Shown piece after piece: positions 25,703 through 36,936 of a stretch of DNA of 53,790 bases. Each line of letters starts with the position of its first letter. Within the stretch, counting starts at the first letter, position 1. The stretch comes from an uncultured Pseudomonadales bacterium. GTDB taxonomy: Bacteria; Patescibacteriota; Microgenomatia; UBA1400; PJMF01. The translations under genes were made by a program, and so were the position numbers. The notes beneath the pieces are model-generated. The model had not been told where the DNA came from. It saw only the letters and a list, made by a program, of their open reading frames with translations, and did not search any database. Location of the stretch: NCBI GenBank assembly GCA_964418385.1, contig CAYQLH010000001.1:1-53790 (forward strand), read 5' to 3'.

Positions 25703-26905
25703 GACGAAGCCGTAACATTCTTCGAGCTCGATCTTCGATTTATTTGGTTTTGTTTTTATCATTTTTGATAAATTTCACCTTCCATCTTTCGGTGTGGAAT
25801 TTAATTCTGCTTAAACTTGGCTTTTCAATTGCCATGCTTTCACTTTACATGAGTGTGCATTATTTGACGCAATTAATATTTGAATTACCGTCAGGAATTA
25901 TAAGTGATCGTTTTGGTGCGCAAAAAACATTGATTTTAGGTGAAATTGTGCACTGGTGCAGTTTTGTTTTATTTTTGTTGTTTCCCAGCAAAGTAACTTT
26001 GATTATTCTCGCGCTTGGCGGTGGGTTTGAATGCGCTATGCTTTCAGACACTGATACAACTCTGGTTTATAAAATCTTAAAAGCTACGCGACAGATGGAT
26101 TATTACCCGCTGTTTTTTGCTTGGCACAATGCCTTGGGTTTTATGGGCTACGGTTTGGCTTCTTTAATCGGGGCTTTTGTGGCAAGTCATTGGGGTTTGA
26201 TGTGGACGCTGTGGGCAAGTTTACCGATATATACTCTTTATTTAATAATTGTTTTTTGTTTGCGTGAGCCAAAATTCTTGAAAAATGTGACTGTTAAAAA
26301 GGACTTGAAATGCTTGAGTTTGGCTGAATGCCGGCGACTAGTTTGGCGCCCGGCGCGATTTACGCTCAAGTGTTGTCTATGCGGCAATTATTTACACGTT
26401 AAATATGATTGTGTGGGCGTATTATCAAAATTACGCTGAAGAATTCGGTTTGTCAATAAACTACTACGGATTGTTGGCGCTGGCGTTTTGTTTGTGTGAA
26501 GCGGGACCGCAATTTCTGTCGCGTCATTTTGTGCATCACCAACAGATTCAACGTGTGTATAAGATATTAGCTTTTTTGGCGGGAGCTTGCCTTTTAATAG
26601 CAAGTTTAAAGATAGATGTTTGGGGTATCGTCTTTTTATTAACGACAATTGCGATCACTGGCCTTTCTTTTCCCATTAGTGATACTGTGATTAGACGCGG
26701 GAATTTGTCGTCGGCGTGGACAACGATTATTTCAATCAAAACCTTTGTTTCAATACTTTCGTTTGTAATTGCTAATATGATTTTTGGCTTGGTGGCCGAT
26801 ATCTATGGTTTGCAAGCGGGTTTTTTGGTAATAGTGAGCATAGCAGCAATTGCTTTAGTGCTTTTTTCGCATTTAGGTTATCGTTTGCAAAGTGAAGATT
26901 GCTAA
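25699..26905 (+). pseudogene. MFS transporter split by a frameshift (ORFs 25699-26439 and 26405-26905)
   Basis: The N-half carries MFS motif A (ELPSGIISDRFGAQKT) and 6 TM helices. The C-half frame is open from 26342 (FGARRDLRSSVVYAAIIYTLNMIVW...) and supplies 6 more. The frames can be joined by a 1-nt shift near 26330-26345. Confidence 0.5.
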
Positions 26906-26941
26906 TTGTCTGGCGCCTTAAACCTGAATAGTCGGTAACAC

Positions 26942-26970
26942 TTGACTTTTTTGTTATTATATGATATAAT
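26942..26970 (+). promoter_or_regulatory. Near-consensus promoter TTGACT-17 nt-TGATATAAT
   Basis: -35 at 26942-26947 and an extended -10 at 26962-26970. It is followed by a leader of about 72 nt and AAGGAGG at 27034-27040. Confidence 0.65.
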
Positions 26971-27048
26971 TTGCGCCTAGTTCTTTAAAAGCACTTAAAC
27001 TCAATATGCCCTATTCATAGGACAAATTTTATCAAGGAGGTCATTAAA

Positions 27049-27804
27049 ATGATGACAACTAATTCTTACCGCGAGGCTTTGGACCGAGCAAACGCTCGCA
27101 AGTTGCAGCTGCACCAATTGTTGGTGCACAATGTGCGAGCATTAATGCTGAAAGGTCTCCTTGAGGGACGGACGAGTTTTGCGTGCTGCTGTGACGACGA
27201 CTGTATCAGTATCGACGGCGTGGCGGTTGTGGGTTCGGAGGACGTTGGCGCTGACGTTTTTGCGCAGGTACTGTCTGCTGTTCCTCATGCCCTGCATGAG
27301 GTTTTGGGCTCGGCGCTGCTAACCAGTTTCGATGGCGAAACATTTGTCATTTCCACTGTGGCTCATGAGCGGAAATGCCGTGAACTGAACATTCGCACCA
27401 TCTTTGATGATGGCACGGTGTTTCTTGATGATGGGGGCGATGATCCTGATGCGCCAACCGTTATTGCTGATGACGTGGTGGAGCAGCTCACTCCTGAGCA
27501 CGCCACTGAATGTTTCAGCATGAATGATGAGGATAAGAGCGTGCAGTCTCTGGGAGACTTGGCGGCCAACTTGCGTGGACGCCCGTCGCGGATTTCCTTC
27601 GCTCGTCAGGCTCAGGAGCTTACCGTGCCCTCACGCATGGCTGACGCTGAAAGCGCCATTAAGCCAGACGGCGGTGCGATTCAACTGAAGTTTAAGGTTG
27701 ACGGTCTAGTCTACCGGACCCAAATTTTGGTCGATGCTGGACAGAAAGCAGCGCTGAGGGAGGCGTTGTTGCGTGGGCAGCAAGTGAGCGTCGAGGTAGT
27801 TTAA
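27049..27804 (+). CDS. Hypothetical acidic cytoplasmic protein, GC-rich orphan
   Basis: 251-aa ORF with a perfect SD (AAGGAGG, 8-nt spacing), its own promoter and its own terminator. There is no signal peptide or TM helix, and I recognise no motif. Confidence 0.7.
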   Translation: MMTTNSYREALDRANARKLQLHQLLVHNVRALMLKGLLEGRTSFACCCDDDCISIDGVAVVGSEDVGADVFAQVLSAVPHALHEVLGSALLTSFDGETFVISTVAHERKCRELNIRTIFDDGTVFLDDGGDDPDAPTVIADDVVEQLTPEHATECFSMNDEDKSVQSLGDLAANLRGRPSRISFARQAQELTVPSRMADAESAIKPDGGAIQLKFKVDGLVYRTQILVDAGQKAALREALLRGQQVSVEVV

Positions 27805-27820
27805 GGTGCTTTAAAGTTTT

Positions 27821-27853
27821 GCCCGCTGTTTTGCAGCGGGCTTTTATCTTTTT
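27821..27853 (+). terminator. Rho-independent terminator
   Basis: GCCCGCTG-TTTT-CAGCGGGC followed by TTTTATCTTTTT. Confidence 0.85.
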
Positions 27854-27916
27854 AATTTGCACTCGGAAATGTGCAAAAATGTGTTAGAATACACTTAACC
27901 TAGTGTGAAAGGGAAA

Positions 27917-28645
27917 ATGCAAGTGCGAAATATTGTGATTGCAATTTTGGTGATTTTGGTTGTATGGGGTTGGGCGAGACCCGCAAAAGTGGTGGAACGC
28001 GATGTTTTCAATAATGAAATCGACTTCGGTTCGATGGGGCAAGTGTTTAAAGCGATTTATCGGCGTGGATCAACAAAGATGGCGGATTTTAGTGCGGATG
28101 CGCCAAGCGAGCAAGAATTGCGACTTTTGGGATGGGCGGCTACTGGGCGTAATCGCGATGGCAAGTCTGGATTCACTGTGCCTTTGGCGATGGGAGTTGA
28201 TCCTTACGTGAATGTTTATTTATTGGATAGTAACTCGGTGCAACAATTTGACATTGCCAAAAATAATTGGGTGAAAATTGCTGGAACTGACAAGAGAGCT
28301 CAAGTGGTCAAAATGGAAGCCGCTGGGAAAGTGCCAGCGCTCATGATTTTCGTGGGTGTACCAAGTAATTTGCCAGTAATGATCCCAGATTCAAATTACT
28401 TACATGTCGCCACTGGTGCGATGGCCCAAAACGTTTATTTACTGGCAAGCGAGCTGGGAGTACAAACTCGTTACATTTCGTCCATCGACGCTGATGGTAT
28501 CCGCCAAGTTTTAGCTTTGGATAAAGAGGCGGTGCCGATTGCAGCGGTATTATTGGCCAAAGACAAATTGTCTTTGCCAGCGCCACAAGCAACTTTTGTG
28601 GAGTCTGAGTCAGAAATGATAGACAACGTATCCAGAAAAAAATAA
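27917..28645 (+). CDS. Nitroreductase-fold (SagB/ThcOx-like) protein with an N-terminal TM anchor
   Basis: IYRRGSTKMADF resembles the RRSxRxF FMN-binding start. LRLLGWAATG, YLLDSN and ATGAMAQNVYLLASELG fit the nitroreductase superfamily. An AAAGGGA RBS lies before ATG 27917. Confidence 0.55.
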   Translation: MQVRNIVIAILVILVVWGWARPAKVVERDVFNNEIDFGSMGQVFKAIYRRGSTKMADFSADAPSEQELRLLGWAATGRNRDGKSGFTVPLAMGVDPYVNVYLLDSNSVQQFDIAKNNWVKIAGTDKRAQVVKMEAAGKVPALMIFVGVPSNLPVMIPDSNYLHVATGAMAQNVYLLASELGVQTRYISSIDADGIRQVLALDKEAVPIAAVLLAKDKLSLPAPQATFVESESEMIDNVSRKK

Positions 28646-28660
28646 GCAAGCGACTGGGGT

Positions 28661-30115
28661 TTAAATTATTTCTTCTCGTGTTTGATTGCTACTGTCTGGC
28701 GATGGTGTTTGCGCGACAGAAGTAATGCCAAGTTCGCGATAGCCGCGAGCGCGTTTGCGAGCCATGGCACGTAAAATTTCAATATTGTTGTCTAGATAAT
28801 CGTAAACGCAGGCTTGAGTTTTGCCAGGATGGACTCGCTGGATGCGGCCTACGTATTGTATCAGTTTGCCTTTCCAAGAAAAAGGAAAGGCAAGAAAAAG
28901 TGTGTCTGCTGCGGGCCAATCGAAACCTTCACCGACGACACCGCCGGTGGCGACCATCACCTGATAGGAATTATTTTTGACTTGGAGAAGAATTTGCTCG
29001 CGGTCTTCCTTTTTCAGCTGTCCGGTCACTAAGGCGATTGATAACTGCGGCGCGTTCATTTTTAACATCATTTCCAGCGCTTCGGCATGACCAACGCGTT
29101 CCGAGAGAACGATAATTTTTTTGCCTTCATTTACACAATGGAGCACGTCCGCGGTGACTTGTTGAAGACGAGTTGGGTCTGCGGCGAGAATAGTACCAAT
29201 TTCGACAAATTCTTTGGTGGCAGCGTTTTCAATATCGAGCGTCGTTGTTCGCCAGACCAACTGTGTGGGTACTCGATTGGCCGGCAAAAGATCAGCATCG
29301 TTGTCTGAAGTTTGGCTGGACGTGGGCACAATGGGACCAATATAGAAGCGCATCAAGCGATCAAGTTTATCTTTACGGAAAGGAGTAGCTGTCAAGCCCA
29401 GACAATAACGAGCGGCAAAACCGCGGACAACCTTGGAAAAAGTGTTAGCGGGTACGTGGTGACACTCATCAACGACCACCAGACCGAATTCATTTTTGAT
29501 TGATTTAGTGCCACGGCTAAGCAAAGTTTGATAGGAAGCGATGGTTATTCTCTCGCCAATTCTCCATTTACCGTCCCCAATAATACCAATTTCCTCTGGG
29601 TTAATTTGGCAATAATCGCTAATTCTTTTAATCCATTGGTCAAGCAAAGCCCGAGTATGGACGATGACAAGTGTTTTTTGTGCGCGGGCGCAAATAACCT
29701 CAATAGCAAGCATAGTTTTGCCAAAACCAGGCTTGGCTTCCAAAATGGCGCGATTGGTGGCCAAGAGTTTCTCTTGAGCACGGATTTGCTCTGGTTTCAG
29801 TTGAATCTTTGAAATGATAGGAGCAACCTGACATTCGACTCGGCGATCGTCCAGAACGAGTTCGTCGCCACGGTTTTTCAGATATGTCCATAAGGCTGGT
29901 CCAAAACCTATCGGTAAATAAAAACCAGATTTGAGCAAACGAAAGCATTTAATTTGTTTGGGTACTTTCCAAACAGAATAACCCATCCGGATCAGTTCGC
30001 CAATTTTGGGATTGGGAAAAGTGAGACTTTTGGTGATAAACTCGTTTAAATCACCATCCACCTGCGAGGGTGCGAGAAAAATTTCGCAATCGACGCGGGC
30101 GTGAACTTTGGTCAT
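28661..30115 (-). CDS. Superfamily-2 DEAD/DEAH-box helicase (XPB/Rad25- or type III res-subunit-like)
   Basis: Walker A KPGFGKTMLA, motif II VVDECHH, motif III LGLTATP and C-terminal helicase motifs (GEGFDWP, QYVGRIQR). It has a unique N-terminal domain of about 130 aa. Confidence 0.8.
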   Translation of the reverse strand: MTKVHARVDCEIFLAPSQVDGDLNEFITKSLTFPNPKIGELIRMGYSVWKVPKQIKCFRLLKSGFYLPIGFGPALWTYLKNRGDELVLDDRRVECQVAPIISKIQLKPEQIRAQEKLLATNRAILEAKPGFGKTMLAIEVICARAQKTLVIVHTRALLDQWIKRISDYCQINPEEIGIIGDGKWRIGERITIASYQTLLSRGTKSIKNEFGLVVVDECHHVPANTFSKVVRGFAARYCLGLTATPFRKDKLDRLMRFYIGPIVPTSSQTSDNDADLLPANRVPTQLVWRTTTLDIENAATKEFVEIGTILAADPTRLQQVTADVLHCVNEGKKIIVLSERVGHAEALEMMLKMNAPQLSIALVTGQLKKEDREQILLQVKNNSYQVMVATGGVVGEGFDWPAADTLFLAFPFSWKGKLIQYVGRIQRVHPGKTQACVYDYLDNNIEILRAMARKRARGYRELGITSVAQTPSPDSSNQTREEII

Positions 30116-31557
30116 GATTTTTTTTCTACTTTGGGACCATCTGGCGTGTCAATAATATTATATCCGAGCGCAGCAATGCGATCGCGCAAGTAATCCGCGC
30201 GTGCATAGTCTTTTTGGGCGCGCGCGTCTTGGCGTTGCTCTAAAAGGCGTTGGGCTTCGCCATCATCATCAAGAACAACTTCAAGCTGCGTTTCGTGTTT
30301 TTTGAGTTCGCTTTGGCGACGCAAATCAAGACCCAAAATCTCATCAAATTCGATAATCAAGTCATAACGTTCACGCGGGGTAAGATTTGACTTAAGGATT
30401 TGGTTGACCAAAGCGAGTGCTTCAGGGACATTAAGATCGTCATTGACAAGTTGCAAGAATTGTTGAGTGTATGCTTGAATTCTCTCGATTCGCTCTTGAG
30501 TGACACTAGCATCGTCGGGACTGGCTGAGTATTGGGCAAGATTGGTCAGTAGGCGATCGTAAGCTTTAGCAGCGGCGGCAAGGCTTTCCCAAGTAAAATT
30601 AAGTTCGTGGCGATAGTGTGACGTCAAGAACAAATAGCGAAGTTGCATCGGCGTGTAGCCATGCTGCAAAATGTCTTCCAAACGGTAAATATTACCCAAG
30701 CTTTTAGACATTTTTTGGCCGTCAATCCGCATAAAATTGCCGTGAACCCAAATCTTGACAAACGGTTTGCGACCGGTATATGCTTCTGCTTGAGCAATTT
30801 CATTGGTGTGATGGACGGGGATATGATCCACGCCACCAGTGTGAATATCGACCGGGTCACCAAGTTGATCAAGCGACATCGCCACACATTCCAGATGCCA
30901 ACCCGGGAAGCTGCGCTCACCCCATGGCGACGGCCAAACCATTTGTCTGTTTTCGCCTGGCTTTTCCAGTTTCCAGACCGCAAAATCCGTCGGCTGTCTT
31001 CTGCCAGCAACTTTTTCCACCCGAGCGCCTTCTTGTAAAGCTTGAGGATTGAAACCTGCCAAAGCACCATAATCAGCGACCCGTGAGGTGTCAAAATAGA
31101 GACCGTCGCCAGGAATCAAATAAGCAAAACCCTTTTTCTCAAGTTCGATAGCAATTTTTAATTGCTCCTCAATGTATTCAGTGGCGCGAGTGATGACGTC
31201 AGGACGGATGATGTTCAGATCATCGCAGCGATCATAAAAGTATTTTTCAAATTTGCGCGCAATCGCCGTGACCGAATCGCCATCACGTCGAGCACCTTTT
31301 TCAAGTTTATCTTCACCAGTGTCACTATCGGAGGTGAGATGACCAACGTCAGTGACATTTTGGACGTGTTTGAGTTTGTAACCATCATATTTAAGAGTGC
31401 GGATGAGAAGATCGTCCATGACGTAGTGCCTTAAATTGCCGATGTGAGCATAGTCGTAAGCAGTAATACCACACGAATAAATACCTAAGGGTCGATCTGT
31501 CGGTTGAGTGACGGTTTCCTGTTTCTTTCTTGCGGTGTTATAAAGTGTAAGCTGCAT
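30112..31557 (-). CDS. cysS: Cysteine--tRNA ligase
   Basis: HIGNLRHY (HIGH) and KMSKSLGN (KMSKS). Its stop overlaps the helicase start by 4 nt. Confidence 0.92.
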   Translation of the reverse strand: MQLTLYNTARKKQETVTQPTDRPLGIYSCGITAYDYAHIGNLRHYVMDDLLIRTLKYDGYKLKHVQNVTDVGHLTSDSDTGEDKLEKGARRDGDSVTAIARKFEKYFYDRCDDLNIIRPDVITRATEYIEEQLKIAIELEKKGFAYLIPGDGLYFDTSRVADYGALAGFNPQALQEGARVEKVAGRRQPTDFAVWKLEKPGENRQMVWPSPWGERSFPGWHLECVAMSLDQLGDPVDIHTGGVDHIPVHHTNEIAQAEAYTGRKPFVKIWVHGNFMRIDGQKMSKSLGNIYRLEDILQHGYTPMQLRYLFLTSHYRHELNFTWESLAAAAKAYDRLLTNLAQYSASPDDASVTQERIERIQAYTQQFLQLVNDDLNVPEALALVNQILKSNLTPRERYDLIIEFDEILGLDLRRQSELKKHETQLEVVLDDDGEAQRLLEQRQDARAQKDYARADYLRDRIAALGYNIIDTPDGPKVEKKS

Positions 31558-31577
31558 TAATCCTCCTTTTACTCACT

Positions 31578-32810
31578 TTACTGCGTGGCACTCATGCTGG
31601 CTTCCGGTGATTGAGGCAATTTCGACTCACTTGCGGGTTCATTGGTGGTTGCGACTTCTGGTGCGGTGGACGATTCTGAGCTTGTCTCAGGAGCCAATTC
31701 AACGCTCACTTCTGGGAGTGACAATTGTTCACTATTTGTGTTCGTATTTGGGAAAAATTCCTTGTTATCAATAAAAAATCCTGTATCAATTTTAACAGGG
31801 AATTCACGGGTGCTATCAATCAACCAACCTAAATTGGCAGTATAGGTGACGATATAATAGTTGGCGATTTCTGTGCCGCCAACTTGCCCAGGACGGACTT
31901 CCATAGTCAACGCCGTGGACGTTTGACCAGCGTTGTCAGTCAGATGTGGATTGGCGAGGCGGAGTAAATAGTTGCCATCTTGATCAACAACGTAGTAAGT
32001 ACCATTTTGTGAGTCATCAAGAGACAGCGGAGTGTGGAGCAATTGTTGACCATTATCGAGCTGGAGCAAAAAACTGAATTTGTTATTGGGAAGATTGCAG
32101 CCCGCGTCTGAACCTGTGAGGCTTAAAAGCTTTAAGCAAGCGGTATCAAAATACTCGCGATCGCCAATCCAAATATTAGCGGCAATACCCCGACCTGGTT
32201 CGACAGTATATTTAAGATCGACATCGTTGGCCACTTCGAGATTGGAGACCACATCGTACCCTTGAAAACGTTCAATAGTGGTGGCAGTTTGAACTTTCTG
32301 ACTCGTAGTAATTGTTTCAAGATCAGTAGTAGTGTCAGCAATTTGATCAGCCAGAAGTTCTTGCGTGAGTCCTAGAAGCTCGCTGTCCTCGCTTAAAACA
32401 GTGCCACCAAAAAGCTGAGTGGCATCGATACCGACGTTGAAAAGCTGCCACTCAATGCCAGGCTGGTAATCTTTGCTAATTTGTACCAGCGCAAGCGAAT
32501 CGAGAAGATTAGCAGAAACGTCAGCATTAGAATTGACATCGGTAGCTGTTTTTTCGAAACGCAAAAAAGCGCTGGTGGGATTTTCTTTATCACCGAATTC
32601 AGCTCTAAACCCCGGATTGATCGCCACAAAAAGGCTACGCGAATCGTCACTTGCCGGCAAGATATTAGCATTGAGTTGGAAATTGTTGCGCCATGACGCC
32701 GGTATGAAAGGTAACGTTAAAAACCAACGGCTATTAACGACAAGTAAGAGCAAAAAGATTGCCATGACGCCGCTAAGGATATAAACTTTTTTAGATGCCT
32801 TGATTTTCAT
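31578..32810 (-). CDS. Hypothetical N-terminally anchored exoprotein with a Ser/Thr/Glu/Pro-rich tail
   Basis: Anchor VYILSGVMAIFLLLLVV. The body of about 330 aa has no motif I recognise. The C-terminal low-complexity region reads ETSSESSTAPEVATTNEPASES. Confidence 0.6.
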   Translation of the reverse strand: MKIKASKKVYILSGVMAIFLLLLVVNSRWFLTLPFIPASWRNNFQLNANILPASDDSRSLFVAINPGFRAEFGDKENPTSAFLRFEKTATDVNSNADVSANLLDSLALVQISKDYQPGIEWQLFNVGIDATQLFGGTVLSEDSELLGLTQELLADQIADTTTDLETITTSQKVQTATTIERFQGYDVVSNLEVANDVDLKYTVEPGRGIAANIWIGDREYFDTACLKLLSLTGSDAGCNLPNNKFSFLLQLDNGQQLLHTPLSLDDSQNGTYYVVDQDGNYLLRLANPHLTDNAGQTSTALTMEVRPGQVGGTEIANYYIVTYTANLGWLIDSTREFPVKIDTGFFIDNKEFFPNTNTNSEQLSLPEVSVELAPETSSESSTAPEVATTNEPASESKLPQSPEASMSATQ

Positions 32811-32853
32811 ACTTATTTATTATACCGCACATTTAGGCTTTTTGTCTAGCAGT

Positions 32854-34098
32854 TTAAAGATCGCGCCCCATAAATTTGTGTCCAGATTGATCAGTGAAAT
32901 AGTGGCGATTCTCAAGCTCTTTGGGCAAGTATGGTTGTCCTGACTCATTGTACGGTTCGTAGCCTTGCGCATAACCGAGTTCTTTGAGGAGCTTGGTGGG
33001 CGCATTGCGCAAGTAAAGTGGGATTTCTAGATTACCATGTGTTTCCACATCATTTAAAGCTTCAAAGTAAGCTTCGTATGCGCGACGATCTTTTTTGCAC
33101 AGTGCCAAATAAGCAACGCCGTGGGCGAGGTTAATTTGCGCTTCTGGCATCCCAATATTGGTAATCGCTTCATAAACTTGGTTGGCGACGACCAAAGCAG
33201 TCGGCACAGCGAGGCCAATATCTTCGCTGGCAAAAACGATCATCCGACGGGCAATATATTCTGGTTGTTCGCCATTTTTGAGCATCCTGGCAAGATAATA
33301 CAAAGCCGCGTCAGGATCGGAGGCGCGCAGCGATTTAATAAAAGCAGAAATAGTGTTATAGTGCTCTTCCCCATCACGATCATAGCGAAGAGTGTTTTGG
33401 GCGCTAGCGCGCAAGTGATCAAGTTTTAAATCACCAAAAGTATCCCAGGTTTGCTCGAGAAGATTGAGGAGATGGCGAGCGTCACCGCCAGCATAGGTGA
33501 GCAACCAAGTGCGCGTCTGTGAGTTAAGTTTAACTTTGGGATTTTGTTTTTGCAAATATGCCAGGGCACGATCAATGACAACTTGTAAATCATTTTCGCT
33601 TAAGGCTTGAAAGGTATAGACGCGACAGCGTGAAAGCAAAGCGTTATTAATGGTGAAACTAGGATTTTCCGTGGTGGCACCGATAAGGACAATTTCTCCA
33701 GATTCCACAAAAGGCAATAAATAATCTTGCTGGGCTTTATTGAAGCGATGGATTTCGTCGAGAAAAATTACTGGTGCGCCGTAAACAAGAAACTCAAGTT
33801 CGCTCTGGGCGCGACGTTCGGCATCGATAATTTTTTTGAGATCCGATTTACCAGCAGCCACGGCTGAAACCTCGTAAAAATGACGATCATTGACCAAGGC
33901 AACAAGTCTGGCGAGAGTGGTCTTGCCAACTCCCGGTGGTCCCCAAAAAATCATCGAGTAAACCTTACCTTGCTCGAGAGCACGACGCAGTGGCTTGCCG
34001 TCGCCCATAAGCTGAGCCTGACCGATAAAATCCTCCAGTTTGCTCGGGCGTAAAATCGAGGCAAGCGGTTGAGGTCTGGAATTGATTTTAGCTGACAC
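32854..34098 (-). CDS. rarA: Replication-associated recombination protein A (AAA+ ATPase)
   Basis: FWGPPGVGKTTLARL, FLDEIHRFNK, and a MgsA C-terminal region (YLARML, EDIGLA). Confidence 0.9.
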   Translation of the reverse strand: MSAKINSRPQPLASILRPSKLEDFIGQAQLMGDGKPLRRALEQGKVYSMIFWGPPGVGKTTLARLVALVNDRHFYEVSAVAAGKSDLKKIIDAERRAQSELEFLVYGAPVIFLDEIHRFNKAQQDYLLPFVESGEIVLIGATTENPSFTINNALLSRCRVYTFQALSENDLQVVIDRALAYLQKQNPKVKLNSQTRTWLLTYAGGDARHLLNLLEQTWDTFGDLKLDHLRASAQNTLRYDRDGEEHYNTISAFIKSLRASDPDAALYYLARMLKNGEQPEYIARRMIVFASEDIGLAVPTALVVANQVYEAITNIGMPEAQINLAHGVAYLALCKKDRRAYEAYFEALNDVETHGNLEIPLYLRNAPTKLLKELGYAQGYEPYNESGQPYLPKELENRHYFTDQSGHKFMGRDL

Positions 34099-34525
34099 GA
34101 TGCTTCATCCGATATTTACTGGCCACTTTGATCTTGGCTGTTTCACGTTCGATCAGGGCCAAAGTATTGGCGTAATCTTCATCGGTGAGCTCTTGAGCCA
34201 TCAGCTCTTGGGCGCGTTTTTTGGCGTCTTGGGCGAGGGCGAGATCAATGTCCGCCGCTTGCGAAGCTTCGGCCACCAAAATCAAAAGTTCATTGCCCGC
34301 AAACTCAGCCACGCCAGCGTCGACAGCAAAGGAAATCACATCATCTTCACTGCCGTCATGACGTTTGTAAACCAGGAGCTCGTCGGCTTTAAGCGGGGCG
34401 ATATAAGGAACGTGGTTAGCCAAGATGCCAACAACACCGTCTTTGGTGGGCAGGATAACCTCAACCGCTTCGGTATCGTAAGCGACCTTTTCCGGAGTGA
34501 TAATTTGCAGCTTAAAACTTTTCAT
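34088..34525 (-). CDS. atpC: F1 ATP synthase epsilon subunit
   Basis: Position at the end of the atp operon and an N-terminal beta-sandwich start (KLQIITPEK...). Its length fits the family. Confidence 0.85.
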   Translation of the reverse strand: MKSFKLQIITPEKVAYDTEAVEVILPTKDGVVGILANHVPYIAPLKADELLVYKRHDGSEDDVISFAVDAGVAEFAGNELLILVAEASQAADIDLALAQDAKKRAQELMAQELTDEDYANTLALIERETAKIKVASKYRMKHRVS

Positions 34526-34548
34526 ATAGACAAAATGTGTGCAATATG

Positions 34549-36923
<2,375 letters not shown>

Positions 36924-36936
36924 ACAATCCCTTTAC

